From Octopus bimaculoides (taxonomy: Eukaryota), in NCBI RefSeq assembly GCF_001194135.2, contig NC_068981.1, forward strand, positions 58,676,251-58,725,622: a stretch of 49,372 nt of DNA, read 5' to 3'. Made by a program: the position numbers and the translations under genes. The notes under the pieces were generated by a model. The model saw only the letters and a list, made by a program, of their open reading frames with translations, was not told the origin of the DNA and ran no database searches. How positions within the stretch are numbered: the first letter of the stretch is position 1; each line of letters begins with the position of its first letter. Shown piece after piece: positions 22,841-35,900 of this stretch.

Positions 22841-22998
22841 TAGGGGTGAACTGAGAGTATTAAGGACCCTCGGGCTTAAATTTTTACTGGGTCCCTTTGA
22901 CTGTGTGATTTAGTAGAGTTAACATGTAGAGTGTGGGCCCCTAAGAACTCTGGGCTTTCAAGCAGGGCCTGATTGACTGACGGCTCAGTCCGCTCCTG
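22841..22998. mobile_element. hAT-like MITE (158 bp)
   Basis: TIRs taggggtgaactgag / ctcagtccgctcctg; flanking 8-mers gtctccta and gtccccaa match 6/8. Confidence 0.55.
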
Positions 22999-23029
22999 GT
23001 CCCCAACCTTTACTGATTGTTTAGACAGG

Positions 23030-23480
23030 TGAGATAGATGTGGTTAATGTTTCTTTTGAACAGTTGCAACCCAATAGTTGGTGGAAAAAGCATGTTCTGG
23101 GAAAGATTTTCAGAGGAACAACATTCTGTAAAGAAAGGATTGGACTAGACATAGTGGTTAGTGGGGTGGGATGGACAAAATATGGATGATGAAAGTGAAG
23201 GGATGAATAGGTCAGGATTGCTTGAGTGAAGGTGGCAGGAAACCAGCTGGCTCCAAGAAACTAAGGCCACTGTAGTTGTAAGAGAAAATACAAAGAGAGG
23301 AGATAGCACATTTGTGAGCCAGAGGCTGGAGTGTGTTCTTGAGCAACTTCATACCAGTCAGTTAGTGGCCTTTCATTGGCTGTGATATAGGATGTTTGTG
23401 TGTGTAGCAGAAGCATCATCCCAAATATGGGAGCAGTACTCCATTGTAGGTTTCATTTGAGCTTTGTAGAGTGCTTGTAG
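23030..23480 (-). mobile_element. CR1/L2-like LINE 3' end (RT C-terminus)
   Basis: QQLQALYKAQMKPTMEYCSHIWDDASATHTNIL, followed by a decayed C-terminal region. Confidence 0.8.
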
Positions 23481-24307
23481 TTGTTGGAAGATAGGGAAAT
23501 ACACTGGAATTAACAGAGCTTTCTTTTCTTGAATAATTTATTTTGTAGCATATTGTAATTATATATTTTTTTTGCAACATATGGTAATTATATATTTTTA
23601 GTTACAAAACAAAATTTTAGATGCTGTAATAATATTGAAAATTGTATGAAAATAAGGCCACTAAAAGTTCAAATCATGCTGAGGTCATCTTTGCTTTCTG
23701 TTCTCTCTCATTACCCACTCCCATCTTTTTTTCACATGTTACTTTATCCACCCATATATAATGTGGGGTAGCACTACATTTTTTCCTACTTCTCCCAAGG
23801 TCCTCTCACTGTCTAACACCATGATGATACTTTTCACTTTCCCTCCTAGTGCCCTTTTCTCTAACATTGATTCTACCCTCTCTCAACAATAGATCTGTGA
23901 GAACTGCTTTGGATCCTAACGAACTGTTCAACCCATGCTGGCATGGCAGACTGATTGACCCTTCCCATTACTGGTCCTTCTTACTCAACCAACCCTATTA
24001 TCCTCTCCTTTACGTTACTCTTCCTCATTCTCCTCTTCTCTATCTACTCCTACCTCAACACTGTTCCCACTATTATTATCGTTTTATCATTCTTTTACAA
24101 TAAATCTATTTCTTCCATTATGAGATGCTCTCTTTCACTTTGAAAGCTACAAGGCAACCCCAACAGTACGGGTGTTACAGATATTACCCACTATAATTTG
24201 TAAGTGATTGGTTATGATTTGAGCAGTGACAGCACAAGGCTTGAGAAGGCTCTTTAGTCTTGCTGAAAAGGCAACCTCTGTAGTGCTTGGTGTCATAATA
24301 TATATCC

Positions 24308-24475
24308 AGTACACTCTGTAAAGTAATTGGTGTTAGGAAGGGTATCTATCTGTAGAACCATGCCAAAAATGAGATACTGGAGCAAGATGTGGTCCACTAA
24401 CTCACTGAATCCTGTTAAGCTGTACTACCCATGCTAGCATGGAAAAACAGACATAAAATGATGATGATGATGATG
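24308..24475 (+). mobile_element. Family A tail copy
   Basis: ttggtgttaggaagggtatc...catgctagcatggaaa...(GAT)n. Confidence 0.75.
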
Positions 24476-25149
24476 TTTCAGTAGAAATACTGCATATTTT
24501 TTCATTTAAACTGTTAAAAATTTCAAGTGCTATAAAATTCCTTTTGGTTTTGTCATATTATCAGTTAACTATATCACAAGTGCTTTTTGTGAATCCATTA
24601 TACTAGGCACTCTTGATTACCCTGCTTTAGAAAGTCACTCTTACCAGCAGAAGGCCTTCTTCATCATAAACTATGAAAAGGTTTCATGGTAAAGAGGAGT
24701 AGGTGTGTGAAACTGATACAATTAATGTTAAGCACTAAGGTTTGGCAGTTAATCTACAGTTGGTTATCAAAAGAGAGTCATATTTAATGTTGATTTTAGT
24801 GAATAGAAGAAGTAGGGACATCAGGTTGATTTAAGTAGAGCTCTCAAGTTCTGAACAGGGGAATCACGAATAAAGAAAAGGGGATTTGTGTTGTAGGATA
24901 AAAATCAGTTTGGATATTTCAAAATGCTGTGTAAAGTCTTGCTTGTAGTATTTTTCATAATTATTTACTTAATTGGTTTCCTTCTAATACAAAAGTTTCA
25001 ATCGGTCTAATTTATGGGTTTTCAGCCTATGACCGATCACAGTCCATATCTTGTTACTTGCATTGTGTAATGTCCATGACCAAAACATTTAGCTCTTGTT
25101 GGATCAATTTGTTTAGTTGTAGTTATGTACAATCAGATGATGTAGCTCT

Positions 25150-25340
25150 TGTTATTCTTCTTATTTAATGTCCATGTTGCATGCTGGTATGCGTTAGATG
25201 GTTTGAAAGGATTCAGTGAAACAGGTTTGTGTCAAGCTCCAGTGCCAGCTTTGGTATGGTTTCTATGGTTGGATGCCCTTTTTGGTGTCAACTACTTTAC
25301 AGTGTGTAATGGGTGCAGTTTCATACCATCAGCACTAGTG
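25150..25340 (-). mobile_element. Family A tail copy (diverged)
   Basis: ccatgttgcatg...gctccagtgcc...ttctatggttggatgccctt. Confidence 0.65.
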
Positions 25341-26848
25341 AGGTCACCAAGTAACTTGTAATTTATGTTATGTTAAATTTTATGTGAACTGAGCAATTTT
25401 TTTCCTTATGTACAAATCACTTTTTGTAAGGAGAGAAGTAGAAGGCAAGTGAATATACTCCGGTGTATCATCAGTAATTATCTGAGAAATCCTATTCTGA
25501 TGAAAGGGAAAATTAACTCATAGGAAATTCTTATTTCTCTATTTGAACTATGGGTAGGAAAGTCTCCTAGTAATCAGAGTTTTGTTATTTGTGTTCAAGT
25601 TTCCCATGTTGTTGGGCCAGTTACTTTGTGGTTCTTTCTCAACCAATTGCTGAGAGCATGACATTTTGTGTAACTGGAAAAGGCTTTTGGGGAAACAACT
25701 CCAGTATATTCCTCTCTTGAATCAGTATTTCCAAATGATCTAATAGAGTTATAGATAGGACCAACCACCAATACATCTTTCTTCTAAAGTGGGCTCAATA
25801 TGATTGAATGATATATGAAAGAATAGGGAAAAGAAAATGAAGATTATGATAAAATGGTACATGAAATAAAGATAGAATACAATAATCCAGTAGACTTATA
25901 TGCTTTTTTTAATAAATTTGATTTAAAACATGAATTGTGGTCTGAAAATATAATTGTAAGAAAAATTAAATTTTCCTGATAGTAACAAATTTATTAAGAA
26001 TTTCAGGGGAGATATTAGCAGAATTACTAGCACATTGGACAAAATGTCTTGTAATATTTTGTTGCTAATATAGACCCACACCAATTTACTCAGTCTCCAA
26101 CTTTATTCTGTAATGTTATTGGTTTAAAAATTTCAAAATTAATTCAGTTGAATAAAATATAATAATAATAAATTCTAAACTTAATAATGATACAAATTAT
26201 TTGTAGGAAAAATGAAAAAAAAAAAAAAAATTGTCATTTAGTTTAACCGTCTCAAATATAATCAGAAAAGGAATGTGGAAAAAAAAGAACCCACCCAGAA
26301 AAAAAGTAAAAAACCCAGTATAAATGTCCAAATGCCCAAATGTTTGTAATGAATTATTGTTAATAAAATTATAATTTTGTAGACTATTAAACTTCATCCA
26401 AAGTGATGAAACTTTTTTTAATAATTATACCTACATTATATTTTAACTGATTTAATTTTTATCACCAGCAGGTATTTTATTCTTGGATATGTATCTGGTA
26501 TCAAACTGGATGTCAACAAGAAACTCTTATTCAAAAAAATAAGGATAGTAACATTCAAACCCAGGCCAATACTGTGCACACACCTAGGAAAAAGACTCTG
26601 ACTGAAATATAATGTAGTTGCAAATATTAGAAAATGTTTTATCTTAAAAGATGAGGTTAAGTGTTTCAAAAGTATAATTTTATAAAAAACTTTTTTAGAT
26701 TTCACAGAAAGATTTTTTTGTGTAAGCTTGCATATATAATAAAAGTTAAATTTGAAAGTATTACTTTTTCTAGTTGTCCCCGTGATAACATTTAGTAAAT
26801 GTTTATATAACAATAATTGTCTTGTAACAATAACATAATGTTATTTTA

Positions 26849-26959
26849 TTAGTTAGATTTGATTCCTTTTTCATATCCTACAAGAGATTGCCGAAGTACA
26901 TCCACAGTGAAGTCTACGTCAGTTTTAGTAATGCACATTGGTGGCTTGATACGTAAGAC
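26849..26959 (-). CDS. AGXT2: AGXT2 terminal exon ([36 protein letters not shown])
   Basis: tattttcAG acceptor; TAA at 26851-26849. Confidence 0.94.
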   Translation of the reverse strand, partial: VLRIKPPMCITKTDVDFTVDVLRQSLVGYEKGIKSN

Positions 26960-29900
26960 CTGAAAATACAAGAAATACATTTTGCATTAAAAGATAAATG
27001 TGAAGTAAGTAAGGAAAAGAAGGAAAAAAAGGATAGAGAAAGAAAAAGAAGAAAGAGTGACAAAGGCAAGAGAATCAGAGTGAGAGTGAGAGAGAGAGAA
27101 AAAGAGTCTGTGTGTCCAAAATTCACACTGAATGAATGCCTTTTTTAACCAGGGAACTTTGGTCTCAATCAACTTTGTTTAGAATAGACATACCAGTATC
27201 TGCTGTTTATAGATTGAAAATAAGCTTTAAACTTACATCAAAAAGAAAAATAAGTTTGGAAATATAATCGAATAAAAAGTTCAATGAAGATATGAAAAGC
27301 AAAACTAATTTCAGGAGTCAATATATGTTGGTTTCGCTTTCTCAAAAGATATATTTAATCATTCATCTACAGAAACAACATTTAATATAGCTTGGCAGTC
27401 AGCTACAGCTAGATGTCACCAAAATACTCTTTTCATTGATAGTTTTTAAAAGTAGTTCTGGTGAATATTTCTATATCTAGTCGGTTTATATATTATCGTG
27501 AAACCGATACCTGCCTCTGATAAGAGGGTTCACAGGAAAAGTTCAAAATATTCTGAAAATTCTAATTCTTTGTGTAGTACATGAAACGTAAGCCAGCCAA
27601 ATAGAGCCCTTCTAACTCCATATGTTTGATAGTGAGATGTGGGACTTGAATGTCGGGGCTTTATAAAGGCTGGAAAGGAATGAGGCCAGCATGTTTTGAT
27701 GGTTGAAGAGCATTAAGATTGTATTAATGACAGATCAAATGAACTGAGAATAAAACTGGATATAAGAGGAATCAGTTGTAGCAAGAGAAAAAGACTACAC
27801 TACTGTAGGCATGTGATGTATATGAAAGGTGTCAGTTGGGTAACACAATGCCAAGCTTTCCAAGTGGACACAATCTGTAGAAGAGAAGACCAAGGAAAAC
27901 ATGATAAGTGGTGAAGAGGCATCTCAAAATGCTTAACTTCACAAGTAGGTGACAAAAAAAAAAAAACTGCAATAAGTAGTAAGATGCTTTGTTGTTGAAG
28001 ACCTGTCCTACTCATGAAAAATCAGTGACAAAAGAATTGCAAGTGTAAGGAGTATGTGAAGTAAAGTGAATTTATGAGAAAATGAACACAGACTGTTCTT
28101 GGTTCACTGGGAATATACCATCACTTTACTGTGCCAACATGAGAGGTAACATGGCTATACACATGTAAAGACAAGCGATATCAAATGTAACAATTGACTC
28201 ACGTTTCCAAAGAATCCTCCTTTTCCGAGCAAAACACCTAGATCTTTTGTACGTTCCCAAATGTGTGCAAAATGTTCAGCAGGTAAAGGAGTTTTACTTT
28301 CCTGAAATAAAAAAAATTAATTTTTCAAGTTTATAAAATGAAGACATTTGACAGAAGTATTGAAATTATGTATTAACATGTACTGTAATCAAGTTTATTA
28401 AACTATTCTGATGTAATTATTGAAGTTTCCTTTCTTCTTGAGGCCAATTATTGCTAAATTTAATTATTCCCAAATTACAATAATCTATAGAGCCAAAATT
28501 AATTTTTTGATAAGAGAGATTAATCCTCCTTTGTTCAGGCAGTTAAACTACCACAGAAAAATTTCCCTTCAAGGCCTGATACCATTTCCCTCAGTCAAAT
28601 GAATGGAAATACTTGATCTGAAACCATGATGAAATAACTCCTGTGAATTTGAAACTGTTACTTCTGTGCTGGTACATTTAGTCATTTAGCCTCTACTGGA
28701 TAACACTGAATTAGATTGAGTATTTTAATCAATCAACTGTAAACTATTTAACTATTCCACATTCAATAAGTTGCACACCTTTGTTTAATTGGAATAATTT
28801 TTCATCTTACCTTATCAGTAACCATTTCAACTCCGATCATTAATCCTTTCCCACGAACATCACCAATAACTTCAAATTCATCTCGTAGCTTAGCCAATTC
28901 TGTAAGAAAATAGGTGCCAATAACATGGCAATTCTCTTGAAGATTCTCTTCTTCTATCACCTACAATAAAAAATTATTACTCTGAAAATGTCTGTTAAAC
29001 AAAGAGCAGTTTTTAATTAGAACATAGTTTACATATCTTTTTATCAAAACTATTTATAAGTATCAATCTGTTTAACAATTTTACTTTTTTGTTGTAGTTT
29101 TTATATCAATTTAACAATGATTTTTAACTTCAGAACAAGGCTACATATTTGGTATTAGTCATGATGGTGGGAAGAATGTCAATTATATCAATCTCAAAAC
29201 TTGATTAGTATTTATTATAGAGACCTCATTCATTTGATTTGAACTGGGAATGCAAAAAGACAGCACTAAATACTACAAGGACTTTTGTTCAGTGGTCAAC
29301 CATTTCTGCCATCTATTGCATATCAAAAAAGCTGAGATGGTTCGTAATGCTGGATGTTCTTCCTATTGTTACTATTGTTAGTGACAAGTGTTGCCCAAAA
29401 GCATAATACAATGGATGTAGCAAATTTAAATTCATAAACAGTCAGTCAACAGCCCAAAAATGCATGAAAGTAAAAGAATAAATTATTTTACTGTAATCCA
29501 ACTCATAAGAAATAGATGGTCAAAATATTATATTCTATAACAACTGAAGTATTCAATACCTTTAGATAGAAAAGGTATGCACTGTCCAAGCATATCTCAC
29601 TGATAACATTTAAAAAACACAGCAAAACAATACTTTTTAGTCATGATTTATCACTTAAACTATATTTCCATGTTTTATTTTCAAATACGGTTATCAATTA
29701 AGAAAAAGCACTTTCTTTTTCTTTCATTTACCATGTAGAGCGAGGTCCATTGTATTTCTTGACCTCACCCAGAGATAATTTTGTGAGATTAATGTGGTTA
29801 ATGTTTGGATCAAGCAACGGAAGGTTAGTTGAGGAAAAATTATGTACAGATATGCTACGAAAGAAAAATCCTATTTTATAAAGAAAAGGAATTAGAAAAA

Positions 29901-32900
29901 TTATTCAGTGCAGTTTTATTTCCAATGCAAGGAATTGCACAACTTTTATACGTTTGCTTACTGATTCTTTCACTACTACTTTGCCAACTATGGTGAAAAT
30001 TATACCTTGCTTGATGAGGTCATAATATGTCCAGAGTTACCTCTTGTGTACTGCAAACACAAACTTACCTTTTCTATTGCCTTTTCTATAATACATAATT
30101 ATTTATAGTCAGCTTTTTAATGACCTTTGCATTAAATGATAATATTTAATGCAAAGTTCATACTGTTTAGTATGATTTCTGGGTAGTGCAACTCCCATTA
30201 CTAAACGAGAGAAAAACTACAAACAAAAATCAATAAACATCCCATTTGTGGCTGTAGAATAGTAAATGAGTGTAATAAGGGTTAAAAACATTAGCAAATA
30301 GATAAAGTAAAAACAAAAGGCTGTAGTAGAATATTCATAGTGTACAAGACAACAATATAATGCATTCAACATTTTGAGAAGTAAACCAAAAAGTTGCAAA
30401 GAATTTGGAACACTTACTTTAAGAACAGCTGATCCAACAGCACACGACAAAGGATTTCCTCCAAAAGTATTGAAATGTAAAGCCTCTGACATTTTCTTAG
30501 CAACGGCAGGAGTAGTTACAACAGCTGCCAAGGGAAAACCATTACCCATGCCTTTGGCCATCGTCACTGAAATTAATCAATGTAAAAGAAAATACAAATT
30601 AAATACTCAAGAACTAATTACACTCAAGAATGGATTAAATTAAATTAAAGCACAACACGAGCCAACAAGAGAAGTCTCTGTACTTGCTTTAAATAACAGC
30701 CCAAATTCCCTCCAATTACACTAAATCATCTTTAAAAAGAGAAAAGCACATTTGCTAATGTTCTAGATATCTACAAAAGGCTAAAACATATCCAGAGTTG
30801 TCTCCCATACTTGTTGAAAAATCAACAGCCAAAAATATGGACATTGGGCCAGCTTGTCTTTGATAGTAACTCTACTCAATCAAATTTGCAACTAGATCTC
30901 ACACAACAACAGGAGACCCTCTTCAGTCATGAATGACCATGGGATTGCACCTAGAAAGTTACCCTCTGAGGCACAAGTCCGGGCAAGGTTGTTTGCGGAA
31001 GGCTAGCAGTCACCCATGCCTCCCCTCTCCACATCACTGATGTTATCCAGGAGAAATGTAAAGGCCGATACAGCTTGGCACCAGTGATGTCGCAACTCAT
31101 TTCTACAGCTGAGTTAACTGGAGCAACGTGAAATAAAGTGTCTTGCTCAAGAACACAACACGCAGCCTGGTCTAGGAATCGAACTCACAACCTCACGATT
31201 GTAAGCTCGACACTCTAACCACTGAGCCATGCACCTTCACAACAACAAAGCAATACAATATGAGGTACTGCTTAACTAAGCAACATTTCAGTCAGTTTAT
31301 TGTTGAGATAAAAGAGCATGCAGAGTACTAAAACAAAAACAACAAATATATAATGGAATTTTACCAATATCAGGAATAACATCATGGCCCTCAAAACCCC
31401 AGAAATGTGTTCCAGTTCTACCAAAACCCGTCTGTACCTAAATAAGAATAAAGGAAAAGATCTTATTAACAAGACTCATAAAATATTTATATCAGAATTA
31501 AAATCAAATTGAAGTAATTTTTAAAACGGTTATAAAATTTTTTTATAATTTTTATATTACAATATCAAGTTTTTTTTCCATGTAACACTGTGTTTATATG
31601 TGATTGAATGTGTGTGGATGTGTGTGTGTGTGTGATCTTATAGAACTTAACTAAATGTTTCCAGCTCCAAGGTATTTATCAATATGAAAAATTTATTCTC
31701 TGTGAATCAATCGACTGAATGCATTTAATTACTAGAGAGTAAAATATTCTTCTAAACTTGTATTTGTCAAAAATACAATGTCATTTGCAAACTATAACAG
31801 TATTAACATCAATAAATTTTTAAAAAATCAGTCAGTTTATAATTCATAAAATGTAAGTGCTGATACATTAGAACATCTAAAATAATGTACATAAATCAAC
31901 TGATAAAAATAATATCCACCTAAGTAACAAAAATGATTATAATTAAATCTAATAAGAACTGATACCACTACTACCACTGTTATTACTTTACATCATTGTA
32001 CATTCTCTTTCTATACTAGCATGGGGTGGATGGATCATTATGGTTCGGGTCAATTTATATTTAGCATTGCAACCCTCCTAGATGGGTTGCAGGACCATGC
32101 CTCGCCCATGCATTTCATTTTTGGTTTCTATGGCTGGATGCCCTTCCTAACAACAGCCCCTTTACATGGAATACTAAGCATATTTTATTGCAGCATCAGC
32201 ACTAGATTGAAGGGTCCTCTCAACTGTACATTTTCTCAACTCTACATTTTCTACAATATGGTTTGTATCAGGATACGTTTTATTGTAGTTGCAACATTAG
32301 TGAAATTGCCTTGTATCTTGTAAGAGAAAAGAGTTTTTTTGAGAGGCTCCAAGAGACAGTGAGGCTCTAAGTTTATTTAGCTTATTCTTAAATACAGTCC
32401 TTGCGATTAGTCCAACTTCTCTAGAAGTCTGGTGAGAACTCTGTGCAAGCTGAGCCAATAATAGACATTAGGATCATCATTCCAAACCAATGAAACACTC
32501 ATCAATTATGCAGTTCTGTAAGATGCATATATTCATAGCATGTTACACCTCGATACAATAAACCAGAGAGAGTAAACCAGAGAGAGTAAAGCAGAGAGCC
32601 TTGGTTATACTTTAGCTTGAAACCTATCAGAATGCTGTGCCGCATGAAAGGGGATGAACCATTGGACACTGTCCTGAAGTTTCACACAATGAATCAGTTG
32701 TAACTGTAGCTGACTTATTCAATAAACAAATAAATAAATATATGAACAAAACAATTAAGAAAAGCCTTTCATTCATTGACTTACCTCATCAGAAATACAA
32801 AGACCACCTTTTTCACGAATCATCTCAAAAGCTCTTTTAATATAGCCTTTTGTGAACTGAACAGTACCACCAACGCCCTATTAAAAAATTAAGTATTTCA

Positions 32901-35900
32901 GGTTTAAGTCTTGGTATTATTGTAAATATGTATGTTACTGTTTCGGTAATTGAATTTCCACACAATCTTTTATTCTTTTCCTAGCTTCGATTACTGGACT
33001 ACAATCAAGCTGAAGTATTACCTTCAAGGGTTTTAGTTAGTTATATCAACTCCTATACTTTGTCTAGTGCTTATTTTGTAAGTGTTAGAAAGAAAAATAT
33101 CAGTTTCTAGTCATAAAGGGTAATAATTCATTTACAAATAGATACAGCAAGGTACTTTTGTTATTTGCAGTAATTTTGTTTACTTCACAATTTCCTTGAT
33201 CTATGACAAGTAACTTTTCCTGCTGGAGGAATTAAGCTTTGAGAATTAATGAAACAAACTTTCATCAACTTAATAATGTTACTGTCAATGAGGAAGCCTC
33301 TATTTGGTCACTGAACCTGCTAAGAACAGCAGCCAAATATAGCTAAAATTAAGCAGTTCCATCTGAAAGATAAAATAGACAAGTTGGATAATGTAGCACT
33401 ACATATCCTTAAACTTTTAGCATTCAGATTACTGTCAAATGTAATTCTTATTATTCACATGATTTTGAATTAATCATGCATTATCTCATGGTTTTGAGAT
33501 TTTGATAATGTGATTGTATATTTTTAGAGTGACATTGTAAGGTAGGTATGAGAGGTTATATCTGGCTGGTCTGAACATAAAACAGCTGGAATATTTAGGC
33601 TGAATATGGCCAGTTTAAATACTAAAGGGTTAAACAAACAATGTTCAAGGATGAGATGCCTTTTATCATAGATCTACCAGATCAGAGCTGGTCTTGCAAT
33701 ACACAGCAGTGACAGAAGTAGTGAATAATACTGTCCAGAGTACTAATTTAGAGAATGGTGGATTTAATCATTGTAATAGTTAAGTGTTGGCCATGGATAC
33801 AATGCTGTCTCAGTAATAGAAAAGAAAATGCTAAACTCTTGGTTGCTTATCTTATACCTTATTCAGCTACCTCAGTGATTACAAATAATAATAATAATAA
33901 AAAGAATAATAATATAATGTTTCTTTACTTGCATGGATTCAGCAAAAAAGCACCCAGCACGTCCTTTGGGCATGGAATATGAAAGGACATCTTGTAGTTG
34001 GTCAATGTATAAATCTGTAGCAAGGCATTTATCTGCTGGGCAGTCACATGTGCGAGTTGTCTGAAATAGAAATTTTATTTTCTTCAGAACAACCTTATCT
34101 TTATGTGTATATATATATGTTATATATATATATATATATGTTATATATATATATATACACACACACATGCACACACAAAGATATATATTACTATTTGTGG
34201 TAATATAAATAGTTGATAATAACAATAATAATATAGATGGTTGCAGGCTTAAAATAGCATCAGATAGCTATAGAATTAAAATTTATATCATGATCCAAGT
34301 ATATCCAAATACCAAAATATATAGCATTGGGCTATATAGGTATGCAAAATTTTTTTTAACCTGTTTGCCCAACTACTGTTGATTTTCTGTTGTATTTTTC
34401 AGTGTTATTGGTGGTATAAATGAACGTTTTAACTCCTCTTTCTAGCAGGTAGGTGCCTTGTGCACCCTTATGATTACTATACACACACGTAGACACACGT
34501 TTGCACCATTTAATGTCTATCTTCCATGCTGGCATGGGTTGGTTGGTTGGTTTGATGGTTCCAAAGACTGCATTATGCTCCAATGTCTGTTTGGTATGGT
34601 TTCCTCAGCTCGATGCACCCTTCCTAATGCCAACCACTTCATAGTACTTTGTGCTTTTTTTTTTATGGTAGCAGTACTAGTGAGGTTGCCATGTAGCTTA
34701 TAAAATGAAGACCCTCTTTAACTGAGTGGGGTTACTGTGAGGAGGGAAAACAGCTATATGCTACAGGATGAAGGTTTTAAGTGTGAGAGAAGGAATCAAA
34801 ACAGAACAAGTTTCTTGCTGTAGAGGATCTACATAATTATTCACATTGTGGAAGGGCGGGTGGAAGTGGCTGGGGTGGAGTTGGAAAGGGATAAAAATAG
34901 TGGTGATGAAATATCAGGTGGCTGGCGTTAGGAAGGACATCCAGCTGTAGAAACACTGCCAGATCAGATTGGAGCCTGGTGCAGCCTCCTGGCTTCCCAG
35001 ACGCCAGTCAAACTGTCCAACCCTTGCAAGCATGGAAAGTGGATGTTAAATGATGATGATGATGATGATGGATGACTCTCAAAATATGAAGTGAGTACAG
35101 GAAAAGGGACAGGAGAACAAGAGGAGGTTGTAAGAATGTATGGGAGTTTGAGAGATGGTTAGAGATAATAAATGGGTGAAAGGGTGAATATAACGAAGAA
35201 CAAGTGTTGAGGGATGATAAGTAAGGGAGGTAGACAAGCAGAGAGAGTAGGTGACAACTGCAGTAATTATCTAGGATTGCAGGGTGATTACTGATACATA
35301 TGGATTAGGGGAAGGTAGGACCAAGGAAATGATTGACAGTACAGAAATATGATAATAATAATAATGACCACTGTCTGCACTCTTCGAAACAGAAAAAATC
35401 TGAAATACCATGAACTTCTGGAGCAAGCAAAACCTGGAACTCCATTGACACTCCTGTTCTGTTTTGCTGGGGGCTTGTTTTCATGCTTATTAGCTCCCTG
35501 TGCTCTTGTAGCATGATCATTATTCTGGTCTGGTCCCTATGATGAGGTATGTTTGAAACTGTGACTTTGATCACACGATGTCTCATGTATAAGGGGAGCA
35601 TTACAAACTGGTTGGAGAGGTAGGTCATTGTAGCTATCCTGCGCACTTCCTCTTCATTGTTGCAGATAACTACCAGAGTCCTATATTGCCTTCAACAGAT
35701 GCAAACTATGGAAGACCACACTTCTTCCAGATATTGTGGTTTTCTTTCTGTGCGATTAATGCACTTATATATTATCATTCATATTTTGGTGCAGATCATT
35801 TCCTCTTCTGGGAGTGCCATGACACCAGGTCATATATTTTTCTGATATTTTTTAATGACCCCCCACTTTCCCTTGTAGTGAATGGATGATCCACTTATTT

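Noticed and set aside
25480-25540. CTGATGA followed by GAAA (also at about 5715 on the minus strand)
   Set aside because: No pairing stem II between the motifs; expected by chance in AT-rich DNA.
26845-26851. AATAAA overlapping the AGXT2 stop, and ATTAAA overlapping the NUDCD1 stop (3764-3759)
   Set aside because: TAA stops in AT-rich context generate these hexamers easily; no evidence of use.
31160-31237. tRNA-like sequence with A and B boxes
   Set aside because: It is the head of a SINE with a TSD and related copies, not a tRNA gene.
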